From positions 1,888,001-1,952,000 of the forward strand of contig CAWJWJ010000002.1 of the NCBI GenBank assembly GCA_963846575.1: DNA of 64,000 bases, given 5' to 3'. The DNA comes from an uncultured Nitrospiraceae bacterium (GTDB lineage Bacteria; Nitrospirota; Nitrospiria; Nitrospirales; Nitrospiraceae). The position numbers and the translations under genes were made by a program. Shown here one piece after another: positions 45,523 to 55,586 of the stretch (the first letter of the stretch is position 1; every line of letters starts with the position of its first letter). The notes beneath the pieces were generated by a model, which was given only the letters and a program-made list of their open reading frames with translations, was not told the origin of the DNA and did no database searches.

Positions 45523-48168
45523 TCATTTATGGGCCGGACCCACGACCTTACGACCAGCCATGTCCGTGAGCCCGTCAGGCGTGAGGGAGGCCTCGATTGC
45601 CCCCAATTGTTGCGACCCCGAATAGACTGGCTCTTCTTCGACCCAATCCGCCTTCGCGACATCCATACCCTCCCCGGTGTCAGGGGTCCGGAAATCAGGC
45701 ACAAGCTCGTGCAGACGTTCAATGGCCTTCGCGGTATTGTTCAGATAGGCGGCCGCTTCCATGGCCATCATCATTTCCGGCACTTTGCTCACATCGATCT
45801 TGCTGATCCGCCGAATTCGCATGATCTTCCCCAGGGCCGAATGTTCTGCTATCTCGTCTGTTCCGATGAGTTCTTCGTACAGCTTTTCGCCTGGTCTAAG
45901 GCCGACAAAACGGATGGGAATCTCCCCCCCCGGCACAAAGCCGGACAAACGAATCAGATTGCGCGCGAGGTCGAGCACCTTAATTTGCTCACCCATATCC
46001 AAGACATAGGTTGCCCCCTGCTCTCCCAGCGTGGCGGCTTGTAGCACGAGATGAACAGCCTCGGGTATCAGCATGAAGTACCGACGAATGTCGGGATGGG
46101 TGACGGTCACAGGACCACCGGCTCGGATTTGCTCCTGAAACCGTAACAACACGCTGCCGTTGCTGCCCAGGACATTTCCGAAACGAACGGTCAGAAACCG
46201 CGTGGCGCTCCGTTCCGCCATCTCTTGAACCACGAGCTCAGCCACTCGTTTGGTGGCCCCCATCACACTGGAGGGGTTTACGGCTTTGTCCGTCGAAATA
46301 AGGACAAACCGTTCGACGCCGCAGCGGTCGGCTGTTTCGGCGGCAATTCGCGTCCCGATACAGTTATTCTTCAGCGCCTCGGCCGGGTTCAGTTCCACGA
46401 GCGGAACATGTTTATGCGCGGCCGCATGAAAGACGATGGCGGGCCGATATCGAGTCATCGTCGCAGCGAGCCGCCGCCGGTCGGTCACGTCGCCCAGCAC
46501 TAGATGAATGAGCGACGACAAGCCGCGATCGTCCAGTTCTTTCCCGATCGTGTACAGGCTGTTCTCGTGCCGCTCATAGAGCACGACCGCTTCCGGTCCC
46601 ATGGCGGAGACTTGACGCGCCAGCTCTGATCCGATGGAACCCCCGGCGCCAGTGATCAACACTCGCCGACCCGCCACCATATTGACCATCACATCGGTGT
46701 TCATATGGACCGGCGCACGCGACAGCAGGTCCTCCACCGCGACACTTCGGATCTGACTCACCACGCTCCGATCGCCCAGGAGATCGTGCATGCTCGGGAG
46801 TATCTTGACGGACACCTTGAACGTGCCAAGCGCGGCCATGATCTGACGCAAGACGTCGGGCGTGGTTTGTGGCATTGCCAGAACCACCTCGTCCGGATGC
46901 TCAACGGCAAGAATGCGCCCCAAATCGGCGCGCGTCCCGAGAACTTTCACCCCGTGGATTCGTTTGTGGCGAAGCGACGTGCGGTCATCGATGAAGCCGA
47001 TAGGCTGATAGCGTGAGGTCGTACTCAGCTTCATCTCTCGTACGACTCGCTCGCCTCGATCGCCGGCACCGACGACCAAGACGGTTCTCTTCGGACGATA
47101 AATTACCGCTTCCCGCAGCATGCGCCGCGGGAGCCGCATGCCAACCGCCAATCCGATGAGCAGAATCGCATCGGTGATGAAGATGGAGCGCGGGTATTCC
47201 ATCACCTTCATGCCCCAATAGACCCATCCGTACAAGAGGCCCGTGCTCGTCATCACGCCGATGACGATGTTCTGCAAATCCCACAGGCTGGTGTATCGCC
47301 ACAGTCCCTCATTGAGACGGAAGATAAAGAACGCGGCGCTACGGATCGCCACCAGCCACGGTAGCACCAGCACGAAGGTCCTCCACTCCGAGTCCGGAAT
47401 GCTCCCATCGAATCGGAGCAAGAACGCGAGATAATTCGCCAGGATCATCATGCCGATATCAAGGGCGACGATGAGCGGGCGCCTCCATTTCATAATTGCC
47501 GTGATCACCCGGGGGCCCAGGTCTGATGTTTGGGAAGGCCGAATGACCCGAAGCTCCGGCAGTTCACAGACCACCAGAGGAATCTTCAGCAGGCAAAGGA
47601 TGGTTTGGGTGACAATCGCCAGATCCAGGATCGTCGAGGCATGCCGGACGTAGAATTTCGCCAGTTTGATTTTCTCCGGCAACACGACGCTGAGATACTC
47701 GTCGTCGGGGTTTGCCGCAGCGGCGAGCACCGCCGACTCATCGATATACTTCAACGACGCGAGATCGGTCAGGCCGGGCCGCACGGTCAGAATCTCGGCA
47801 TAGTCTTCCGCAAACGCGTCCACATAACGCGGCACCTCCGGCCTTGGACCCACCAGACTCATGTCGCCCGTCACGATGTTCCAGAGTTGCGGCAATTCAT
47901 CGATCTTATACTTCCGCAAGACTCTGCCTACCGCCGTAACCCGTGGATCCTGCCCTACAGTCAACTGACCACCCTGTGAGGGCGCATCCACCGTCATCGT
48001 GCGAAACTTCACAATCCCAAATGGTCTTTGGTTTCGACCCACCCGGTTCTGCCTGAAGAACACCGGCCCCGCCGAGTCGAGCTTGATCAAAACCGCGGCC
48101 AGAATCCACAGCGGCCAACTGAGGGATATCCCGATGAGTGCCCCGATTATGTCGATGGTTCGTTTCAT
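45523..48168 (-). CDS. Fusion of a monotopic phosphoglycosyl transferase (PglC-like) and a UDP-sugar 4,6-dehydratase (PglF/WbpM/CapD-like)
   Basis: N-terminal KRTIDII...KFRTM...DELPQL...GDMSLVGPRPE; then 4 TM segments, a CoA-binding-like domain, TGAGGSIGSEL, HAAAHKHVP, STDKAV and RFGNVLGS. Confidence 0.92.
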   Translation of the reverse strand: MKRTIDIIGALIGISLSWPLWILAAVLIKLDSAGPVFFRQNRVGRNQRPFGIVKFRTMTVDAPSQGGQLTVGQDPRVTAVGRVLRKYKIDELPQLWNIVTGDMSLVGPRPEVPRYVDAFAEDYAEILTVRPGLTDLASLKYIDESAVLAAAANPDDEYLSVVLPEKIKLAKFYVRHASTILDLAIVTQTILCLLKIPLVVCELPELRVIRPSQTSDLGPRVITAIMKWRRPLIVALDIGMMILANYLAFLLRFDGSIPDSEWRTFVLVLPWLVAIRSAAFFIFRLNEGLWRYTSLWDLQNIVIGVMTSTGLLYGWVYWGMKVMEYPRSIFITDAILLIGLAVGMRLPRRMLREAVIYRPKRTVLVVGAGDRGERVVREMKLSTTSRYQPIGFIDDRTSLRHKRIHGVKVLGTRADLGRILAVEHPDEVVLAMPQTTPDVLRQIMAALGTFKVSVKILPSMHDLLGDRSVVSQIRSVAVEDLLSRAPVHMNTDVMVNMVAGRRVLITGAGGSIGSELARQVSAMGPEAVVLYERHENSLYTIGKELDDRGLSSLIHLVLGDVTDRRRLAATMTRYRPAIVFHAAAHKHVPLVELNPAEALKNNCIGTRIAAETADRCGVERFVLISTDKAVNPSSVMGATKRVAELVVQEMAERSATRFLTVRFGNVLGSNGSVLLRFQEQIRAGGPVTVTHPDIRRYFMLIPEAVHLVLQAATLGEQGATYVLDMGEQIKVLDLARNLIRLSGFVPGGEIPIRFVGLRPGEKLYEELIGTDEIAEHSALGKIMRIRRISKIDVSKVPEMMMAMEAAAYLNNTAKAIERLHELVPDFRTPDTGEGMDVAKADWVEEEPVYSGSQQLGAIEASLTPDGLTDMAGRKVVGPAHK

Positions 48169-49325
48169 GATTGCCTGAACTCGCGGACGACTTCTCGTAC
48201 CACCTCGATCGTGCGGAAGACGTCCGCGTCCGACATTCTGGAGTACAATGGAAGGGACAGCATTCGGTCGAACGCGCGGCTCGCAACTGGGAATTCGGCG
48301 TTGTCGTATCCCCAGGTCCGTCGATAGTACGGATGCTTGTGGAGGGGGATAAAGTGCACGCTGCAACCGATCTGGCGTTCCTGCATCCGTTCAATGAACT
48401 CTTGCCGTCCGATGCGCAGCCGGTCCAGGTCGAGTTGGATCACGTACAGATGCCAGGCATGCTGCACGCCATCCACGGTTGACGGCGTGACGATTTCAGG
48501 AAGATCCCGGAATCCCTCCGTATACAACGCGGCAAATCGCTCCCGTTCCTTCAAAAATCGTTCGGCTTTCTGCAGCTGCGACAGGCCTAAAGCAGCCGCC
48601 ATGTCTGTCAAATTGTACTTAAACCCTGGTGCCACAATTTCGTAATACCAAGACCCTTGATTGGTGTACCGCTTCCAGGCATCACGACTCAGCCCATGCA
48701 AGCTCATTCTGCGCATACGATCCGCCCATTCAGGATCGTCCGTCGTCACCATGCCGCCTTCACCGGTCGTAATATTTTTGGTGGCATAAAACGAAAAGCA
48801 CGTGAAGTCACCGATGCTCCCGATCGGCCGTCCTTCATAAGAGGCGGGAAATGCATGGGCCGCATCCTCCACGACACGGAGGTCATGCCGTCGGGCAATT
48901 TCGAGAATCGGTGCCATGTCGCAGGGCTGACCGGCAAAATGAACGGGGATGATCGCCTTGGTTCTTGGAGTAATGGCCTGCTCAATCAGAGCGGGATCCA
49001 TATTCAACGTGCCGGGGAGGCAGTCAATCAGCACCGGCTTGGCGTTGAAATAGGTAACGACCTCGGCCGTGGCCGCAAACGTCATCGTGGGGACGATGAC
49101 CTCATGGCCTTCACGAAGCCCTATCGCCTCCAGTGCCAGATGCAAGGCCGCAGTGCAGGAATTCAGGGCCACCGCATACCGTGCTCCGACCTTCGCCGCA
49201 AACTCTTGTTCGAACTGTCTGGCCTTGCTCCCCGTCGTCAACCACCCTGATCGGAGCACCCCCACGACAGCTGCGATATCCTCGTCATCAATGTCCGGAA
49301 CATGAAACGGAAGATAGTCGGCCAT
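48165..49325 (-). CDS. DegT/DnrJ/EryC1/StrS sugar aminotransferase
   Basis: SGWLTTG, NSCTAALHLAL, EDAAHA and FSFYATKNITTGEGG. Confidence 0.95.
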   Translation of the reverse strand: MADYLPFHVPDIDDEDIAAVVGVLRSGWLTTGSKARQFEQEFAAKVGARYAVALNSCTAALHLALEAIGLREGHEVIVPTMTFAATAEVVTYFNAKPVLIDCLPGTLNMDPALIEQAITPRTKAIIPVHFAGQPCDMAPILEIARRHDLRVVEDAAHAFPASYEGRPIGSIGDFTCFSFYATKNITTGEGGMVTTDDPEWADRMRRMSLHGLSRDAWKRYTNQGSWYYEIVAPGFKYNLTDMAAALGLSQLQKAERFLKERERFAALYTEGFRDLPEIVTPSTVDGVQHAWHLYVIQLDLDRLRIGRQEFIERMQERQIGCSVHFIPLHKHPYYRRTWGYDNAEFPVASRAFDRMLSLPLYSRMSDADVFRTIEVVREVVREFRQS

Positions 49326-49468
49326 GCTGAAACTCCTCTCAGATAACAGAGCAATCGGAAGTGGATAGTTCCCGGAGAGACTCAGGTACGCTTGGAATGT
49401 TCTTCGACCCGTCGGGGAACGGACGACCCGTCTGTGGCATGTGAGGCTGCGACGACTGACCAGGCGAC

Positions 49469-50461
49469 TCAAGAGGTCGCGGGCAGTAGCCACACGACGA
49501 TACGTGCAAGCGCCAGCACGCTCACGCCGCCGAGCGAAACCAAGATCGCTTTGGGACGGTCCCCTGGGTGCGCACGGCCTGTGGTCTGGAGAGACGCAAG
49601 GGCATCACCTTGTTTCCATTTGAGCCCGCCCCACAACAACAGAGGCATCGTGAGGCCATAGATTGTATAGCTGAACACACGATGGTCAGTGCCCTCAGCG
49701 ATGCCGACGTAATTGCCGACGATCACGCCGTAGGCACGGATTCCATTGGCCACCATGAGCACCACTGCGCACACGATCAAAAATAGAATGCGGCGTGAAG
49801 GCTGACGATAGGTCAGGGCGGCAAAGGCATAGGCCAAGGACAGGCCGGGAAGCAAATAGCGCAGTCCCCCGCAGTCAGGGGCAACTTCCCAGACGGCTGA
49901 GCCGACCGTGATGTGATAGTCCCCATACACAGAAGTGATGCCGGAAAGATCAAGACCGACGAGGATAAGCCAGGCGGTGATGTCCTGTAGCCAGGGTGTG
50001 AGGGCCGTCCCGACAGGAACCATAAAAAACAGGAACCCCAGCGGCCAGGACAAGGTCCGGGTGATGTCCGTTCCATAGACCGTTAACACCATACCGGGAA
50101 AGGATGAGACTACTGCAGCCTGTTGCAGCCACGGGAGATGGGCCACATTCCCTGCGACCCATCCGCTCCCCGAGAGCAGAAGTGCCACGAGACCCCAGGC
50201 ACTCGAGACCGGCGTCAGGGAGCCCAGCTTCTGGCGATAGGACCAGACAAGATACCCTGTGGCTGGCAACACGAGAAACCCGTGCGCAAAGGTTCGAGAA
50301 CTTTCCCAGACATCGATCATGGATCGAATGGTCGGCCAGAACAGGACGACTACGCACAGCGCGGCGGTGAACAGGAGGAGCCCCGCGGCCTGCCGCTCCG
50401 ACAGATCAGCCCTGCCAGGCGGCAGGACCTGCGTTGGTGCGTCGTTTACGCCAGTTTCCAT
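49469..50461 (-). CDS. Exosortase (EpsH/XrtA-like), without an EpsI domain
   Basis: Multi-TM protein with FAHGFLV, VAPDCGGLRY (catalytic Cys), ANGIR (Arg) and DH (His). Confidence 0.88.
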   Translation of the reverse strand: METGVNDAPTQVLPPGRADLSERQAAGLLLFTAALCVVVLFWPTIRSMIDVWESSRTFAHGFLVLPATGYLVWSYRQKLGSLTPVSSAWGLVALLLSGSGWVAGNVAHLPWLQQAAVVSSFPGMVLTVYGTDITRTLSWPLGFLFFMVPVGTALTPWLQDITAWLILVGLDLSGITSVYGDYHITVGSAVWEVAPDCGGLRYLLPGLSLAYAFAALTYRQPSRRILFLIVCAVVLMVANGIRAYGVIVGNYVGIAEGTDHRVFSYTIYGLTMPLLLWGGLKWKQGDALASLQTTGRAHPGDRPKAILVSLGGVSVLALARIVVWLLPATS

Positions 50462-50705
50462 ATATCGGCCTTCAGGATGACTGCTGGTGGGAGAACGATA
50501 CAAGAACTCTTACCGGAACGAGTGCACGGGAGTCGGGAGCGGACGGAAGGGAATGGAGTTGAAAACCGCGTCGATGAATGTCTTGTGCGCTGGGTGGTGG
50601 AGGAACGAATGACCTATCCAGGGCCTCACGCAATCCGGAACCGTCGAGATGAGAACTAACCAAAACCAATGCACAGGGCGCCTGGAGGAAGGGAAGCGGC
50701 AGGCC

Positions 50706-50733
50706 CACCCGCCGCGAGACTACGCGGCGGGTG
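50706..50733 (-). terminator. Perfect 11-bp GC hairpin between the PEP-CTERM-like gene and the exosortase
   Basis: CACCCGCCGCG-AGACTA-CGCGGCGGGTG with no strong U tract; terminator or mRNA stabiliser. Confidence 0.55.
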
Positions 50734-50812
50734 AGGCGCGACCTGTGCGCTGATTGCACAAACAAAAACAAATTACACGATGTCTCACCAGAGACTTTGC
50801 TGCCGAGGGACC

Positions 50813-51106
50813 TTACCTGCGCGACTGAACCGCGCGCCAGGCTGCAAGGCCGGCAAATCCCAGACCGAACGCCAGCAGTGTCCCGGGAACAGGAACGGAT
50901 CCGCCGTTGTTGCCTCCGTTATTTCCGCCATTTAAGTTTCCTAACCAATTTATGAGCCACGCCGGTAGCTCTGCCATATGTCCTGCTTTTCCGATTGCGG
51001 CGAGAGAGGTTGGATGCACGGCACCTTCAAACGCAGCCGCCGGTGAAACGAATGCCCCGACGGAAAGAACAAGCGCAAATACTCCCACTGATGCAAGACG
51101 CAACAT
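50813..51106 (-). CDS. Very small PEP-CTERM-type protein (VPVP variant)
   Basis: Signal peptide (...PAAA), GGNNGGNNGG linker, VPVPGT, a TM helix and basic tail WRAVQSRR; AGGAG RBS. Confidence 0.85.
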   Translation of the reverse strand: MLRLASVGVFALVLSVGAFVSPAAAFEGAVHPTSLAAIGKAGHMAELPAWLINWLGNLNGGNNGGNNGGSVPVPGTLLAFGLGFAGLAAWRAVQSRR

Positions 51107-51341
51107 AGGGTCTCTCCTTTCATTAAAGTGAACTCAGCACATCTGACCCACCACCCGATCCATCCATGACTCCGTTCAGTCCTCCCGAATATTGCGCCGT
51201 GGCGCCCGGTCCTGAACGGTGTCCAGGGATCGGATTATCCTGCCATGAGCGTTTCACGTCAAGTGATATTATAGTGTTACTACTTAGTTATAGATGCCCG
51301 CACACTTTGACGCTCGACCCGGACCGTGGCCCTGAGTTGAC

Positions 51342-51839
51342 TCACATCGCGGAGACTGAAGGTGGCACAGGCACGCCAGGGAGAGGGTCGAAGGAGGAGA
51401 TCGGTTGCACCCTGGTCCGGCTGTCTCTGGTACCCACGACGCCGGCAGTTCCATTCTGCCGCTTGACCCATTGAATACGTGCCGAGCGGGTGGATAATCC
51501 TTGACGTTTCCAGACGTAGCGCACCATGGTCGGCGTGACGGCAATTCCTTCCACCTTCATTTGCCCGGCAAGCCTGATGTAACTAACGATAGGATTACTC
51601 CTTGTTTTCAGCAATATACGCGACTCAATTGCGGCGGGAGTGCGGTTCGGCATGTGAGGTTTACGGCGCACTCCCGGCGCCAACCCCTCTTTCCCGTACG
51701 CCCGATAGGCTTTCTGCATGGCATAGAACTGTGAACGGCTGACCCCGGCCAGTTTGCAGGCCTTGACCACGTTTTTCAGTTCCGCCGCCATCGTGAGAAT
51801 GGCGAGCCTCGCCTTGATCAACTGTTCTCGACTCGCCAT
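51342..51839 (-). CDS. HTH DNA-binding protein homologous to the N-terminus of IS481-family transposases, with no DDE domain
   Basis: LIKARLAILTMAAELKNVVKACKLAGVSRSQFY...YGKEGL...RRKPHMPNRT...VRYVWKRQGL; ends after about 165 aa. Confidence 0.75.
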   Translation of the reverse strand: MASREQLIKARLAILTMAAELKNVVKACKLAGVSRSQFYAMQKAYRAYGKEGLAPGVRRKPHMPNRTPAAIESRILLKTRSNPIVSYIRLAGQMKVEGIAVTPTMVRYVWKRQGLSTRSARIQWVKRQNGTAGVVGTRDSRTRVQPISSFDPLPGVPVPPSVSAM

Positions 51840-52351
51840 TACCATACCCCTGCCCGGGTTCGATACCCGTTGAAGCACCGCTCAACGGTCCGGTTAAACC
51901 CGCCACGCTCACAATCGACCGCGCCGTCTGTCCAAAGATCCTTCACTAAACTCTCCTCTCCGGCCCCTCTATCCTCCGGCACGAATGGAGTGCACGCTCG
52001 AATCGGAATGCATCCAGCGTCAGATTGGTGATTTACATATGGCCCGTCAGGATGTTCGATGGCGTTTGCATACATAAGTTTAAGTACGTACTACTATGCC
52101 GTACGCCATAGGTTCACTTTCCGGACTATTGAGCGATCAGTCATTCAACGCGGCAACTTACCAACGCAGATCGCCCTCATGGTCCGCGCAGCGGGTTTCA
52201 TGCTACACGGCGGAAACAGTCATCGCGGCAGTCACGTCATTACGGAGGGAACGAGGCGGATCCTCCGACCCCGACGATGGTATGATCACGAGCCCGGTGT
52301 GGTGACCAACCTCGATCTGTGGAGGGCTCGACTGGGAAGGCCGGCCGGGCG

Positions 52352-53368
52352 TTAACTTATGCTGGAGAGATTCTGTAAGCGGCCCCTGACCTGCTGACGC
52401 ATCCTGTATGCGCACTGAGCAAAATTACGCGCGGACTCAAGCCAGGCATATTTCGACTTCCTGATCCACGGAACGCTGATTGGCTGTCCGCCATACTGCC
52501 GTTTGTATTCTCCTCCGCCCCCCATGTCATAGGTATGGATGCCGTTGGCCTTGGCATATTTCATGGCATACCAATGCAAGGCCTGATTCGGTCTCAGAAT
52601 CTGATATCGACGCCAGCTCGCACCGCCCCAGAAATACATCACACCATTCAAATAAGGAAAAATTCCGGTGGCGATGGAACGGCCATCCTGATCCCGCGCA
52701 CGAAGCAATAGCACGCGGCCGGTCGGGTGAAGATGCCCGATCAACTGCCTTACGCGCTCGACCGTGTAGGTGGGAACCAGCCCTTGCTTCGCAAAGACAT
52801 CTCTCAACTGATCGTAATACTCTTCCGCGAAGCCAGGCCCCTGCGCTACTTCGATGACCACGCCATCTTTTTCCGCCTTCCGGACACAACGCCGGCAGGC
52901 GCTGGTGAAGTTGCTGAACAGCGAGCTCTCGTCTTGAGTCAGATCCACGGCGAATCCTTCGTACATGCGGTGTTCCACTTGTACCTCGACCAGATCCTCG
53001 AGCGACAGGTGGCGGTCCATGACTTCCACATGCGCGCATTTCAACTGTTCGAAGGCAAAGGAGAAGAGCCCGTGGAGCGCGGCCGTCCGCGATGCTCCCG
53101 GCAACAGCGCGAATCCCATGTAGTCGGTGCTCCAACCCGGGCAGGGACTGCCCAGGATGCGCACACCAAGTTTTCGCATGATCAAACCAATGAAATACCC
53201 CACCGCCCGATTGCCATCCGTTATCGCCGCCAGCACCGGTACGGCATGCTGCGTCTTCGACACAAACGAAACCCATTCGCGGCTTTGAAAAACTGTGCTG
53301 TTGTCGCAAGCCTGCATGACAGCCCAACAACGCTCGTCCTGGGCATTCAACGGCTCGTATCGATACAT
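52352..53368 (-). CDS. FemAB-like GNAT protein (polysaccharide acylation, exosortase-system associated)
   Basis: VFQSREW, RRCVRKAEKDG, YFWGGAS, PNQALHW and YDMGG...YKRQYG. Confidence 0.85.
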   Translation of the reverse strand: MYRYEPLNAQDERCWAVMQACDNSTVFQSREWVSFVSKTQHAVPVLAAITDGNRAVGYFIGLIMRKLGVRILGSPCPGWSTDYMGFALLPGASRTAALHGLFSFAFEQLKCAHVEVMDRHLSLEDLVEVQVEHRMYEGFAVDLTQDESSLFSNFTSACRRCVRKAEKDGVVIEVAQGPGFAEEYYDQLRDVFAKQGLVPTYTVERVRQLIGHLHPTGRVLLLRARDQDGRSIATGIFPYLNGVMYFWGGASWRRYQILRPNQALHWYAMKYAKANGIHTYDMGGGGEYKRQYGGQPISVPWIRKSKYAWLESARNFAQCAYRMRQQVRGRLQNLSSIS

Positions 53369-53469
53369 GGCGATAACGGTTTCCTAAAGTGAGAGGCGGG
53401 CATCCACATGGGCTGCTGCCGAGCGCGCGAAGAAAACATTGATGAGGAGACGTCGGCCATTTTCTGGAA

Positions 53470-54417
53470 CTAGGACCGGCCTCTTGTCTTGAACATCCTT
53501 TGGAGCAACCAACGGCGTTCGATCCGGGCACGTTCCGAATGGGAGATACTCGGACTGAGTTGCGTACCGCTCAAGAAATCCAGCAAGGTATAGACGGGAA
53601 CGAACCACCCATTCATTCTGGCTAACCGCCTCATGAGCATCTCGAATCGCTTATCAGGGCGCCCATGTTCCACAAACCCCTGAGCAAAATGCGTATACAT
53701 GATGCACGCACCGCCTTCGGCCAGCAACCGGTCCTGGTTTTCTTCACAGAGCATGTCCCTGAACGAGTTGACGGCAGGTCCGTCGCTGCCGGCGAACCAT
53801 CGGTTGACGAATGGACGAGCCGGATCGTGATAGGGCATGACCGGACATGCCTTGAGGGTATTAATTTCCGGAAAGGTAAAGTTTCGCACATAACGAACCT
53901 TGTCCCGGCACAGATCGCCCCAGAATAAGGGACTTTTCTCGACATGGCCTTGAAATTCGCTTCGGGACTGCCACAGGTGGAGAATGTCATAGACAAGCCG
54001 GTGAACTCCGGAAAGCCTGGCACGCCCCCAGTAAATGCTCTCCTTGCAGCCCGTATGATTGGCCATGGTATGGGGATAGTGCCCGAACAGATGGAAGAAA
54101 CGTTCAAGTCCTTGGGCCGTTTCCTGCCGGGTCGACGTATGGTAGGTCACATTGTGCAGTCCCACTTCGAATCCATTGGCCTGCAACTGGGCAACCCAGG
54201 GAAGATATTTGGGATCTTCACAGGTCACACCTCCGACGTAAGGCCGGCCCGCCCTCTGGACCGGCCAAACGGAGATGGTCGTCCGGACTCCCAATTCGCG
54301 AAGTAAGGAATAGACCGACTCCACGCTGCCCGCGGTCTGGTAATCCGGGTCATCAAAAATCGTAAAGGCAAATGCTTTCCCTTCAGGCCAGTCGATCCGG
54401 CGATGCATTGGTATCAT
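53470..54417 (-). CDS. Polysaccharide-deacetylase-like protein
   Basis: WPEGKAFAFTIFDDPD, GFEVGLHN and CIMYTHF. ATG overlaps the upstream stop. Confidence 0.75.
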   Translation of the reverse strand: MIPMHRRIDWPEGKAFAFTIFDDPDYQTAGSVESVYSLLRELGVRTTISVWPVQRAGRPYVGGVTCEDPKYLPWVAQLQANGFEVGLHNVTYHTSTRQETAQGLERFFHLFGHYPHTMANHTGCKESIYWGRARLSGVHRLVYDILHLWQSRSEFQGHVEKSPLFWGDLCRDKVRYVRNFTFPEINTLKACPVMPYHDPARPFVNRWFAGSDGPAVNSFRDMLCEENQDRLLAEGGACIMYTHFAQGFVEHGRPDKRFEMLMRRLARMNGWFVPVYTLLDFLSGTQLSPSISHSERARIERRWLLQRMFKTRGRS

Positions 54418-55586
54418 CAGCCCATACGCCCCGAAGGCACGAGCCCGGACACATGGCCCGGCCGCAGATTGTCTTCTTGCCGTCCCCACCCGCCTACATC
54501 GATGTCCTGGGCCCGTTCAGGTCGAGACCGCACGAGCATTGTGGCTACAGATCGTGACGCCTCACCCCGCTTCCAGGGCCATCCGCTGCGATGACCTAAC
54601 CGGGCTGCCTGGACAGCACCCACAATGTGATCCGGGTTGGTTCCCACCAGGCAATTCCACCCGCTCTCCACGGTCTCGATCCACTCTGTCTCTTCTCGTA
54701 ACGTGAGGCAGGGGATACCCAGCCAGTAGGCTTCCTTCTGTACGCCGCCGGAGTCAGTGGCAATCAGTTGGGCCATGGCCTCCAGGAGCACCATGTCGAG
54801 GTATGGCACCGGGTCGAGCAGGACCAGCCGCGCGGGACAATGGAACGAAAGCTTCCCAAGCTGCTTGTGAGTTCTGGGATGAACCGGGAACACGACCGTC
54901 CGGCCAGAATCGACCAAGGACTGAAACGCCTTCATGATCCCTTCCAGTATCGGCAACTCATCGGTATTCTCAGCCCGATGCACAGTCGCCAGGATGTATC
55001 GATGGGGCTCAATTCTCAGGCGTTCGAGGATGGTCGAGGTCTGTTTGGCCCGCTCGACGTTGTCCAGCAACGCATCGTACATGACGTCGCCGACCAGATG
55101 GGTTCCGGTGGTTAGTCCTTCCCGTCGAAGGTTTTCAAGGGCCGTCTCAGTCGGGCACAACAACAAGTCAGAGAGATGATCCGTCATGACCCGGTTGATT
55201 TCCTCCGGCATTTTCCGATTGAAACTGCGGAGCCCTGCTTCGACATGCGCGACGGGCAGGTGAAGCTTTGCCGCTGCCAACGCTCCCGCGAGCGTCGAAT
55301 TGGTATCCCCGTAGACCAGGACCTGCCCAGGCGTTTCCTTCAGCAGAATCTCTTCAATCTGCGTGAGCATCTGACCCGTTTGCTGTCCGTGAGACCCTGA
55401 GCCGACGCCCAGGTGGTAATCAGGTTCGGGAAGACCCAACTCACGGAAGAACACCCCGCTCATCCCGTCGTCGTAGTGTTGCCCGGTGTGAACCAGAACC
55501 TCCCGGGCGACCTGCCGCAACTCACGAGAGACCGGGGCACATTTGATGAACTGCGGACGTGCGCCGATGACCGAGACGACCTTCAT
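54417..55586 (-). CDS. Non-hydrolysing UDP-GlcNAc-type 2-epimerase (WecB/WbpI family)
   Basis: GARPQFIK, HTGQHYD, GDTNST, HVEAGLRS and TDSGGVQKEA. Confidence 0.95.
   Translation of the reverse strand: MKVVSVIGARPQFIKCAPVSRELRQVAREVLVHTGQHYDDGMSGVFFRELGLPEPDYHLGVGSGSHGQQTGQMLTQIEEILLKETPGQVLVYGDTNSTLAGALAAAKLHLPVAHVEAGLRSFNRKMPEEINRVMTDHLSDLLLCPTETALENLRREGLTTGTHLVGDVMYDALLDNVERAKQTSTILERLRIEPHRYILATVHRAENTDELPILEGIMKAFQSLVDSGRTVVFPVHPRTHKQLGKLSFHCPARLVLLDPVPYLDMVLLEAMAQLIATDSGGVQKEAYWLGIPCLTLREETEWIETVESGWNCLVGTNPDHIVGAVQAARLGHRSGWPWKRGEASRSVATMLVRSRPERAQDIDVGGWGRQEDNLRPGHVSGLVPSGRMG

Noticed and set aside
51225..51250. Possible sigma54 promoter (TGGCAGG...) upstream of the PVP-CTERM gene
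   Set aside because: It lacks the -12 GC at the required GG-N10-GC spacing.
52527..53531. 334-aa same-strand alternative-frame ORF over the GNAT gene
   Set aside because: It is Arg/Gly/Ala-rich with no motifs; the other frame carries the family signatures.
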